Positions 29,696-37,549 of a stretch of 64,000 nt of DNA are shown here, one piece after another (within the stretch, counting starts at the first letter, position 1; the number at the start of each line of letters is the position of its first letter). The stretch is from an uncultured Candidatus Saccharibacteria bacterium (lineage in GTDB: Bacteria > Patescibacteriota > Minisyncoccia > Phycocordibacterales > UBA9973). A program made the position numbers and the translations under genes. The notes beneath the pieces were generated by a model. It saw only the letters and a list, made by a program, of their open reading frames with translations. It searched no databases and had not been told where the DNA came from. The stretch spans positions 143,477 to 207,476 of the forward strand of contig CAZIZK010000001.1 of the NCBI GenBank assembly GCA_964544225.1, in the 5' to 3' direction.

Positions 29696-30757
29696 ATGAC
29701 AAAAACAAATATAAAAAAGTTAGAAAAGAGTGAGGTAGAGATAGAAGGTTCAATCCCAAGTGACAAATTCGCCACTTATGAGGACAAGGCCCTCGAACGT
29801 ATCGGCAAGCGCATGGAGATCCCAGGCTTCCGTGTTGGTCATGCACCAAAAGACATGATAAAGAAGAACCTAAACCCTATCATGCTACTAGAGGAGATGG
29901 CCGAGCTTGCTATACATGAAGCATACCCACAGATACTAGAGGACAACAAGATCGACGCTATTAGTCAGCCACAAGTACAGATCACAAAGATAGCCGAGGG
30001 TAATGACTTGGAATTCAAGATCCGTACAGCAACACTTCCAGAAGTTAACCTTCCAGATTACAAAAAGATAGCAAAGGATGAGATAAAGAAGGCAGGTGAG
30101 ATAAAAGCTGAGGTGAAAGATGAAGATATAGATAAAGTATTGAAAGATTTACAAAAGATGCGCGCACATGAGGGGTTGCACAAGCACGAAGGCGACGATG
30201 CAGAAGAACACAATCATCCAGAGATCACTGACGATATGCTTCCAGAACTAAATGATGAATTTGCAAAAAGCTTCGGTGACTTTGCAAACCTTGAAGCATT
30301 GAAGAACAAGATTACTGAGAATGTGAAGATGGAGAAGGAAGTAGAAGCAAAGGACAAGCGTCGCCTAGCGATAATCGAAGGTATCATTGCTGACACAAAG
30401 TGTGACATGCCAGAAATATTGGTAAATGCCGAGATAGATAAATTGTTCTACAAGCTCGAAGCAGATATACAAAATGTTGGTTTCAAAGTAGAGGATTATT
30501 TGAAGCAGATCGGCAAGAGTGTCGAAGAATTGAGGAAGGAATGGTATGGCGAGGCCGAGAAGCGTGCAAAGCTTCAGATGGTACTATACACAATATCAAA
30601 AAATGAAAGTTTGAAGCCTTCAGATGAGGAGGTAAAGAAGGAAGCCGAAGCAATAACAAAGATGTATAAAGATGCCGACCCAATCCGTGCCGAAGCTTAT
30701 GTAGAGCAAATGCTCACAAATGAAAAAGTTTTTACATTCCTAGAAGAGCAGAAATAA
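29696..30757 (+). CDS. tig: Trigger factor lacking the FKBP PPIase domain
   Basis: IPGFRVGHAP ribosome-binding motif, LPELNDEFAK, C-terminal domain; upstream of clpP. Confidence 0.93.
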   Translation: MTKTNIKKLEKSEVEIEGSIPSDKFATYEDKALERIGKRMEIPGFRVGHAPKDMIKKNLNPIMLLEEMAELAIHEAYPQILEDNKIDAISQPQVQITKIAEGNDLEFKIRTATLPEVNLPDYKKIAKDEIKKAGEIKAEVKDEDIDKVLKDLQKMRAHEGLHKHEGDDAEEHNHPEITDDMLPELNDEFAKSFGDFANLEALKNKITENVKMEKEVEAKDKRRLAIIEGIIADTKCDMPEILVNAEIDKLFYKLEADIQNVGFKVEDYLKQIGKSVEELRKEWYGEAEKRAKLQMVLYTISKNESLKPSDEEVKKEAEAITKMYKDADPIRAEAYVEQMLTNEKVFTFLEEQK

Positions 30758-30832
30758 AATATTGTTCACATAAAAAGAAAGAACCGAGAGCGAAAGCTCC
30801 GGTTCTTTTTTTGTTTGTTTCTCAAATTGATT

Positions 30833-31309
30833 TTACAAGATATTGTAGTCGTATATATACGCACCATTTAAATCTTGTTTTGTTGGCATCGTTTCTCTTT
30901 GGATCAATACCGGTGCAGGGCCTTTGCTGTAGTCCCAATTGTTTAGGTATGCTCTGATAGCATTACCTGAAAAATTTGCGATTACCATCTGTTGGCCAGT
31001 AGCTGGGTCAATAGCAATACTACCGTCCTTCATAAAAACTTTTGTTTTTGTATCAAGTGCATCAGGTTTACTGATAACATACAGAACAAAAGAATTATTT
31101 AGGGGCAAACGGTGTTTTGGATCAAATGAAGAATAATAATACCCTCCTCCGAATCCAACACCAATACTTGCATTAACCCAAACACCGTTCGGGCCAACAG
31201 TAACTGATACACCACCACCAACTCTTGGCTGAGGACCTGGGTCCTTAACACAACTTGAGAATGCAATAGCGACCGCAGTGGCCACCATTGCGAAAATTAA
31301 ATTTTTCAT
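30833..31309 (-). CDS. Putative lipoprotein
   Basis: MKNLIFAMVATAVAIAFSS|CVKD lipobox; own promoter; ends at the terminator hairpin 30778-30812 shared with tig. Confidence 0.75.
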   Translation of the reverse strand: MKNLIFAMVATAVAIAFSSCVKDPGPQPRVGGGVSVTVGPNGVWVNASIGVGFGGGYYYSSFDPKHRLPLNNSFVLYVISKPDALDTKTKVFMKDGSIAIDPATGQQMVIANFSGNAIRAYLNNWDYSKGPAPVLIQRETMPTKQDLNGAYIYDYNIL

Positions 31310-31330
31310 TGTTCATCTATATTTGTATAT

Positions 31331-31360
31331 ATTATACCATGTTTTGACCCATAAAGTCAA
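31331..31360 (-). promoter_or_regulatory. Sigma70-type promoter of the lipoprotein gene
   Basis: TTGACT-TTATGGGTCAAAACATGG (18 bp)-TATAAT. Confidence 0.7.
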
Positions 31361-31433
31361 GTAGAAAATAAACCCTATTTTGCTATACTATACTCATATT
31401 TAGCCTTATTATTTAATCTTTTAATACAAATTT

Positions 31434-32018
31434 ATGTTAATCCCAACAGTTATTGAAAAGTCACAGTTTGGTGAACGAGCGTACGATATATACTCTCGCC
31501 TACTCAACGAGCGTATTATATTCCTAGGTGGCCCAATAGACGACCACACTGCGAACCTCATCATCGCCCAGATGCTACACCTAGAACACGAGGACCCAAA
31601 GAAGGATATCATGCTATATATCAACTCCCCTGGCGGATCTGTTACAGCAGGCCTCGCAATTGTCGACACTATGAACTTTATAAAGCCAAATGTATCTACT
31701 ATATGCGTAGGTATTGCTGCATCTATGGGTGCGGTCATCCTATCCAACGGTACCAAAGGCAAGCGCTTTGCCCTACCGAACTCTGAAGTCATGATCCACC
31801 AGGTTATGGGAGGTGCTGAGGGTCAAGCAAGCGATATAGAGATCAGTGCAAAGCATATATTGAGGACAAAGGATACTTTGATCAAGATATTGGCAAAGAA
31901 TACAGGTAAAACTCCTCAGGTGGTGGAAAAGGACTCTGACCGCGACTATTGGATGCTAGCCGAAGAAGCAAAGAAGTACGGCGTCGTAGACGAGATCATA
32001 ACAAAAGGCAAGAAATAA
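31434..32018 (+). CDS. clpP: ATP-dependent Clp protease proteolytic subunit
   Basis: [20 protein letters not shown] and MIHQ motifs. Confidence 0.99.
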   Translation: MLIPTVIEKSQFGERAYDIYSRLLNERIIFLGGPIDDHTANLIIAQMLHLEHEDPKKDIMLYINSPGGSVTAGLAIVDTMNFIKPNVSTICVGIAASMGAVILSNGTKGKRFALPNSEVMIHQVMGGAEGQASDIEISAKHILRTKDTLIKILAKNTGKTPQVVEKDSDRDYWMLAEEAKKYGVVDEIITKGKK

Positions 32019-32020
32019 TC

Positions 32021-32048
32021 ACAAAAGCTCTCAACCGAGAGCTTTTGT
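32021..32048 (+). terminator. Terminator after clpP
   Basis: ACAAAAGCTCTC-aacc-GAGAGCTTTTGT. Confidence 0.8.
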
Positions 32049-32254
32049 TTTATGAAAGCTATAATACCTAGACAATAATAGCTAAATCAGGTATTATGAA
32101 GTTATCGACATTTAAAAGTTTAGTTACATCCGTTTCTTTAATACGACACATTTTGAAAATGACTACTTCCGTAAATAAAATCAATGAAATCAAAGGTTTT
32201 TTCCACAATATAGACGTGCTCAAAAATTAGTATTACTGATCGGGTATTACCCGT

Positions 32255-33781
32255 ATGAGTTTAACAGCAATAATCATATCCACGCTTGCCCTACTTGTAG
32301 GAGTTGGTGTTGGATATTATTTGCGCCTTGTTATCTCTCTTGGCAAGAAGGGCTCTATGGAGCTCGAGATCAAGCAGATGATGATGGCCGCAAAAGAGGA
32401 TGCTCAGAAGATCATCGACGAAGGCAAGAAAAAGGCCGAGGAGAGGATCGCTGAACTCCACAAAGAAGAGAAGCAGAAGGAGGAAGAGTGGAAGCAGACA
32501 GAAAGTAGGTTAATTAAAAAGGATGCTTTGCTCGATGGTCGCCAAGTTGAAATAGATCGCGAAGCGGAAGCTATCAAGATCCGTATCGAAGAAGTAAAGA
32601 AGATAAAGGACCGCGTAGACGGCATGGAAGCCGAGAAGGAGAAAGAATTGGAAAAGGTTGCTCGCCTATCTATCGAAGATGCAAAGGATCAATTGTTTAA
32701 AGTTATCGAAGCTAACTACGAGGAGGACTTGCTAGTTCGCATGCAAAAGATGGAGACAACAAATGCAGAAAAGTTGGATCGCCGTGCAAAGGATATCCTA
32801 TCTACATCTATCAACCGCCTCGCAGCATCAACAGCGAGTGAGATGATGACTTCATCTGTAAACATACAATCAGATGAGATGAAGGGTAAGATCATTGGTA
32901 AGGAGGGCCGTAACATTCGTGCATTCGAGCGTGCAGCAGGTGTAGAACTGATAGTCGATGAGACTCCAGGCATGATAGTGATATCATCATTCGACCCAGT
33001 ACGTCGCCAAGTAGCCCGCGTAGCGTTGGAGAACTTGATACTCGACGGCCGTATCCAGCCAGCAAAGATCGAGGAGATGGTGGAGAAAGCCCAAGGTGAT
33101 ATAAATAAAATAATAAAAGAAAAGGGTGAACAGGCCGTATACGAATGTGGTATCTACAACCTAGACCCACGCATCGTAGCTATTGTCGGCCGACTATACT
33201 TCCGTACTAGTTATGGCCAGAACGTTTTGCAACACTCTATCGAGATGGCACACATCGCTGGGATGCTCGCTGAAGAGCTGGGTGCAGATATCCAGATAGC
33301 AAAGGCAGGTGCACTGGTACACGACATCGGTAAGGCTCTGGACCATGAAGTTCAAGGTACACATATCGACATTGGTATCCGTATCTTGCAGAAGTTCGGT
33401 GCGGACCCACGTATAATCGTAGCGATGAAGTCTCACCACGACGACTGCCCACATGAATCTATAGAAGCAGTAATAGTGCAGACAGCCGACCATATATCTG
33501 GAGGCCGCCCAGGTGCACGCCGTGACTCTGTGGAGAATTATATAAAGCGTCTACAGGATCTGGAAGCTCTGACAAAGACATTCGACGGTGTAGAGAAGTC
33601 GTATGCCCTTGCAGCCGGCCGTGAAATACGCATATTCGTAAACACTGACAAGGTAGATGACGTCAGTGCAAAAGAAATGGCCCGTGATATCGCAAAGAAG
33701 ATCGAGCAAGAACTCACCTACCCAGGGGAGATAAGGGTAACTCTAATAAGAGAAAACAGAGTAATAGAGTACGCGAGATAA
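32255..33781 (+). CDS. rny: Ribonuclease Y
   Basis: N-terminal TM, coiled coil, KH domain (IIGKEGRNIR), HD domain (RTSYGQN, HDIGK). Confidence 0.98.
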   Translation: MSLTAIIISTLALLVGVGVGYYLRLVISLGKKGSMELEIKQMMMAAKEDAQKIIDEGKKKAEERIAELHKEEKQKEEEWKQTESRLIKKDALLDGRQVEIDREAEAIKIRIEEVKKIKDRVDGMEAEKEKELEKVARLSIEDAKDQLFKVIEANYEEDLLVRMQKMETTNAEKLDRRAKDILSTSINRLAASTASEMMTSSVNIQSDEMKGKIIGKEGRNIRAFERAAGVELIVDETPGMIVISSFDPVRRQVARVALENLILDGRIQPAKIEEMVEKAQGDINKIIKEKGEQAVYECGIYNLDPRIVAIVGRLYFRTSYGQNVLQHSIEMAHIAGMLAEELGADIQIAKAGALVHDIGKALDHEVQGTHIDIGIRILQKFGADPRIIVAMKSHHDDCPHESIEAVIVQTADHISGGRPGARRDSVENYIKRLQDLEALTKTFDGVEKSYALAAGREIRIFVNTDKVDDVSAKEMARDIAKKIEQELTYPGEIRVTLIRENRVIEYAR

Positions 33782-33787
33782 TATTCA

Positions 33788-33832
33788 CAATTAAAATTCC
33801 CCACAGGTCCGACCTGTGGGGAATTTTAATTG
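33788..33832. repeat. REP-like hairpin / bidirectional terminator
   Basis: 21-bp perfect IR: CAATTAAAATTCCCCACAGGT-ccg-ACCTGTGGGGAATTTTAATTG. Confidence 0.85.
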
Positions 33833-33838
33833 AAACTA

Positions 33839-34096
33839 TTAATTCATACCTTTGTCTTTCAAAACAGCATCGAGGCCACTTTTTGCACCATGATCTAAGT
33901 TCTTAAACTGACCATATATTTCTTGATGAATTGTGTCTATCTTCTTTTTATCAGCTTCATGTGTTGAACCTTGCTGAGGCTGTTGGTTTTCTGGTGCTTT
34001 GTTTATTTTGCCACTAGAAGTCACCCATTCAGGCTCTATTGATACACTCTCCTTCTGTATTCTCTTTCTCATGCCCATTCTTTCCATGAATCCCAT
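33839..34096 (-). CDS. Hypothetical protein
   Basis: 85-aa ORF ending at the hairpin. Confidence 0.6.
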   Translation of the reverse strand: MGFMERMGMRKRIQKESVSIEPEWVTSSGKINKAPENQQPQQGSTHEADKKKIDTIHQEIYGQFKNLDHGAKSGLDAVLKDKGMN

Positions 34097-34158
34097 ATAT
34101 TTATATAAAAATTTAATCTAATAACCTGACCTTTTTATATTATATCACCTACCTATTT

Positions 34159-34551
34159 TTATTCCACTTCCCTCTTTAGAACTATTAGATGTAGGTGGAA
34201 ATGAGTAGGAATGGTTATACCTTTTGGTAAATTTTCATAAAAAACATCATAATTGTCCTTTATATAAGTGTTTTTTAGCTCTTTTAATTCATTTAGCTCG
34301 TCTTCATTGAGTAAATTCCAGTCAAAAACCACATCACGCTTTGTAGAGAGCATGTGACTAACAGTCGCAACAGCATCGTATGGGAACTTATTCTCCTTTA
34401 TAACCCAGTAATTGAATTCCTTCACCATATCTTCCCTCCAATCCTTATAAGGGTCTGGTGTGATACCCTTTTCTTTCATTTCTTCAGAAAACTTTATGTA
34501 TTTCTCCATTGTTTCGGGACTTCGGAGGAATGTTTTAGTAACTTTTGTCAT
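34159..34551 (-). CDS. HIT-like-fold hypothetical protein (DUF3605-like)
   Basis: ENKFPY...H and C-terminal TIPTHFHLHL. Confidence 0.55.
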   Translation of the reverse strand: MTKVTKTFLRSPETMEKYIKFSEEMKEKGITPDPYKDWREDMVKEFNYWVIKENKFPYDAVATVSHMLSTKRDVVFDWNLLNEDELNELKELKNTYIKDNYDVFYENLPKGITIPTHFHLHLIVLKREVE

Positions 34552-34760
34552 ATATAAGGGGTATTATATCACACAATTCTGTGTAAAAAATATTAAATCA
34601 TACAATATATTCATTATTTGTAAAGTGTTGCAAACCCTTGTGGTAAAAAAAGCATTGGTATATAATGGTATTACTCCTGTTTATCAGGGATCGTTTGAAA
34701 ACGGTCGAATTATTATTCAATAGCTTCTTGTATTTTGCAAGAAATGCAAGACTAATTAGA

Positions 34761-35033
34761 ATGAATAAACAAGCATTAGTAGAATTGGTTCACGGCAAGA
34801 TCGGTGGTACAAAGGTACAAGCCGAAGAAGTTGTGAGCGGTATGTTCGATGCTATCGTTGCAACTTTGAAAAAGGGTGACGAAGTATCTATCGCAGGATT
34901 AGGAATCTTCTCAGTTAAGGCACGCGCAGCCCGCATGGCTCGCAACCCAAAGACTGGCGAGCAAGTAAAAGTTGCTGCTACAAATGTTCCAAAGTTCCGC
35001 GCTGCAAAAGCACTAAAGGACGCTGTTAAATAA
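34761..35033 (+). CDS. hup: HU family DNA-binding protein
   Basis: MNKQALV, GLGIF, RAARMARNPKTG and PKFRAAKALK motifs. Confidence 0.97.
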   Translation: MNKQALVELVHGKIGGTKVQAEEVVSGMFDAIVATLKKGDEVSIAGLGIFSVKARAARMARNPKTGEQVKVAATNVPKFRAAKALKDAVK

Positions 35034-35188
35034 AATATTATCTGTGTACGGTATACACATATAATCATAGCGATAAAAACCACTCTTTCTCTATCATGAG
35101 TGGTTTTTATTTTTTCGTGTATCGCCATATTTTTCATGAAATAATCATAATGCATATGGTATAATTTATAAAAAATAAATTGAACATT

Positions 35189-36256
35189 ATGACAAAAATC
35201 ACTTTCACAGGAGACCGTACATTGATGCAGGCTTTACAATTAGCTGTGCATGATTATTTTGAAAAGAACAAAATTGCCAAAACTGGCAATTGGAAGCTCT
35301 ACTTAAAAACCATATTTTGGTTTTTACTATTAATTACAAGCTATGCTTGGCTTGTATTCTTTACACCTGAATCAACATGGTCACAAATAATGCTATCTAT
35401 AGTCATTGGTGGATCACTTGCAGGTATAGGATTCAACGTTGCACACGATGCAGCACATGGATCATATTCCAAAAAAGAGTGGGTAAATCAGCTTTTCTCT
35501 TACAGCTTTGAAGTTATGGGCACAAGTTCTAAATTCTGGAAGGTAAAGCATAACGTAGCACATCATACATTTACTAACATAGATGGACACGATGAAGACT
35601 TTGATGTTGAACCCTTACTTAGAATGTCTCCAAATCAAAAAAGGTATTGGTTCCATCGCTTACAATTTCTGTATGCGCCTATATTGTATTTATTTGTATA
35701 TATTATGTGGGTATGGAAAAATGACTTTGAAAGAAAAAGTGAGTTAAAAATTGCTAGTTCAAAAATTAAATCTTTCTCAAAAAGAGATAGGTTGATATTT
35801 TTTATTAGTAAAGGGTGGTGGTTTGCTGCATTTATTCTGGCTCCATTGATTCTAATCGGATTCTGGAAAGGCTTATTCTTATCAGCCATAATTATTTTTA
35901 CTTGTGGATTGATATTGGGATTAGTTTTCCAACCAGCTCATGTGGTTACAAAAACTATTTTTCCAATACCAAGTGAAGACGGTAAGATAGAAAGTGGCAA
36001 AGCAGAACATCAAATAGACACTACTTGTGATTTTGCGACAAAAAACCCTATCGTTTCATGGCTAGTTGGTGGATTGAACTTTCAAGTGGAACATCACTTG
36101 TTCACAGAAATATCACATATCCATTATCCGAAAATTCACAAAATTGTAAAAAATGTTTGTAATGAGTACGGTAAACCTATCACAGAGTTTAAAAGTTTTA
36201 CAGGGGCAATCCTTTCACACTTTTATCTTCTATATAAATTAGGAAGGATACCCTGA
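35189..36256 (+). CDS. Membrane fatty acid (acyl-CoA/acyl-lipid) desaturase
   Basis: Three His boxes HDAAH, HNVAHH and QVEHH; GGLNFQ; TM segments. Confidence 0.93.
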   Translation: MTKITFTGDRTLMQALQLAVHDYFEKNKIAKTGNWKLYLKTIFWFLLLITSYAWLVFFTPESTWSQIMLSIVIGGSLAGIGFNVAHDAAHGSYSKKEWVNQLFSYSFEVMGTSSKFWKVKHNVAHHTFTNIDGHDEDFDVEPLLRMSPNQKRYWFHRLQFLYAPILYLFVYIMWVWKNDFERKSELKIASSKIKSFSKRDRLIFFISKGWWFAAFILAPLILIGFWKGLFLSAIIIFTCGLILGLVFQPAHVVTKTIFPIPSEDGKIESGKAEHQIDTTCDFATKNPIVSWLVGGLNFQVEHHLFTEISHIHYPKIHKIVKNVCNEYGKPITEFKSFTGAILSHFYLLYKLGRIP

Positions 36257-36356
36257 TTTATAAAAATAAATAAAACATTACAAAAGGCTCCCCTATTGGA
36301 GCCTTTTTTATTTTTATTGTATTTAAAGTAAAATATGCTATGATATATCAATATTT

Positions 36357-36427
36357 CGGGGTGTAGTACAGTGGTAGTATACTCGGTTTGGGACCGAGAG
36401 ATCAGAGTTCGATTCTCTGCACCCCGA
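36357..36427 (+). tRNA. tRNA-Pro(TGG)
   Basis: Cloverleaf: CGGGGTG/CACCCCG acceptor, CTCGG-TTTGGGA-CCGAG, TTCGATT; no encoded CCA. Confidence 0.95.
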
Positions 36428-36452
36428 CAGACAGTTGTTTCGTTTAAAATAT

Positions 36453-36523
36453 GCGGGATTAGTTTAATGGTAGAACTGCAGTTTTCCAAACTGCTGGCAG
36501 GAGTTCGATTCTCCTATCCCGCA
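36453..36523 (+). tRNA. tRNA-Gly(TCC)
   Basis: GCGGGAT/ATCCCGC acceptor, GCAGT-TTTCCAA-ACTGC anticodon arm. Confidence 0.95.
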
Positions 36524-36530
36524 CAAAAAA

Positions 36531-36950
36531 CTATAATATCACATTATCTATTACCCTCACCCGTGCATTGCGACTCTGCATATCTAGGTAAACTATAAAT
36601 ACATCAAACTGCCATGGGGTATTCCCTACTCTTTTGTGTATTAGATAGGTCTGGATTGTCCTTGATAGCCTCTTTAGCTTCCAAGGGTGTAGATTGTCCT
36701 CGGGCCTAGGCTTGTTACTATCGGCAGGACCATCCCACCCTGGCCACCCTTCCTTTATAAATGGGCGGGAAACAGACTTTACCTCTATAAAATAGATCTT
36801 GTCCTCCTTTTTAGCAATTATGTCTATTTCACCCCACTTTTTCGTATAATTCCTCTCTTCAATAGTAAATCCATGTTTCATGAGAAACGTACAGGCGACA
36901 TCTTCGCCTAACTTCCCTACTTTCTGTTTATCAGAAGTAAAGTTCTTCAT
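36531..36950 (-). CDS. YraN (UPF0102) family protein
   Basis: GKLGED.A..FL...G, RNY...GEIDII and FIEVK motifs. Confidence 0.92.
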   Translation of the reverse strand: MKNFTSDKQKVGKLGEDVACTFLMKHGFTIEERNYTKKWGEIDIIAKKEDKIYFIEVKSVSRPFIKEGWPGWDGPADSNKPRPEDNLHPWKLKRLSRTIQTYLIHKRVGNTPWQFDVFIVYLDMQSRNARVRVIDNVIL

Positions 36951-37156
36951 GTTTATATTATACCCCTATAATAACAATATATCCATATTGTTACATGTGT
37001 AACCAGGTAAAGTGTGCCACGTGAAACATAATTTATGTTAATTACCCTAAAAACTTCATTTGTCCGATAAAATCCTTACAAAATAAGGGTTTTATAGAAA
37101 ATAGTCTTTTAAATAGTCTTTTTTAAATATGTCTCTTATAAACAATGCACACATAG

Positions 37157-37165
37157 TTATCCACA
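37157..37165 (+). promoter_or_regulatory. DnaA box
   Basis: Exact TTATCCACA in an AT-rich intergenic region. Confidence 0.5.
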
Positions 37166-37240
37166 TTTTCCTTATAAAATAAGGGTTTTATGTGTGTAAA
37201 AAGACGCCCCATAAAGGGCGTCTTTTTAGATTGTATTCTG

Positions 37241-37312
37241 TGCATCCAGAGGGATTCGAACCCCCAATGACGGTTCCGAAGACCGTAGTGATATCCATTT
37301 CACCATGGATGC
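37241..37312 (-). tRNA. tRNA-Arg(TCG)
   Basis: GCATCCA/TGGATGC acceptor, ACGGT-CTTCGGA-ACCGT, TTCGAAT; terminator hairpin at ~37198-37227. Confidence 0.93.
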
Positions 37313-37461
37313 AAGCTTATTTATTAATACAAAATTTAGTATACACTAAATAACACTATTTTAAAAGAACCCTTGTAAAATATACTTATAATTAAAATTG
37401 CAATAATAAACAAAAAGTAGTATAATCTAAGTCAGTTTTATATATGCATTATTAATTTAAT

Positions 37462-37532
37462 GCGGGATTGGTTTAGTGGTAGAACACGTCCTTGCCAAGG
37501 ATGAGACAGGAGTTCGATTCTCCTATCCCGCA
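37462..37532 (+). tRNA. tRNA-Gly(GCC)
   Basis: GCGGGAT/ATCCCGC acceptor, CGTCC-TTGCCAA-GGATG anticodon arm. Confidence 0.95.
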
Positions 37533-37549
37533 CAAAATATAGTAACTCT

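Noticed and set aside
36223-36598. ORFs 36223-36489 and 36371-36598
   Set aside because: They overlap tRNA-Pro and tRNA-Gly and are spurious
36498-37537. 31-bp direct repeat as attL/attR of an integrated element
   Set aside because: Both copies are the 3' halves of complete tRNA-Gly genes with different anticodons; the enclosed DNA holds only yraN and tRNA-Arg
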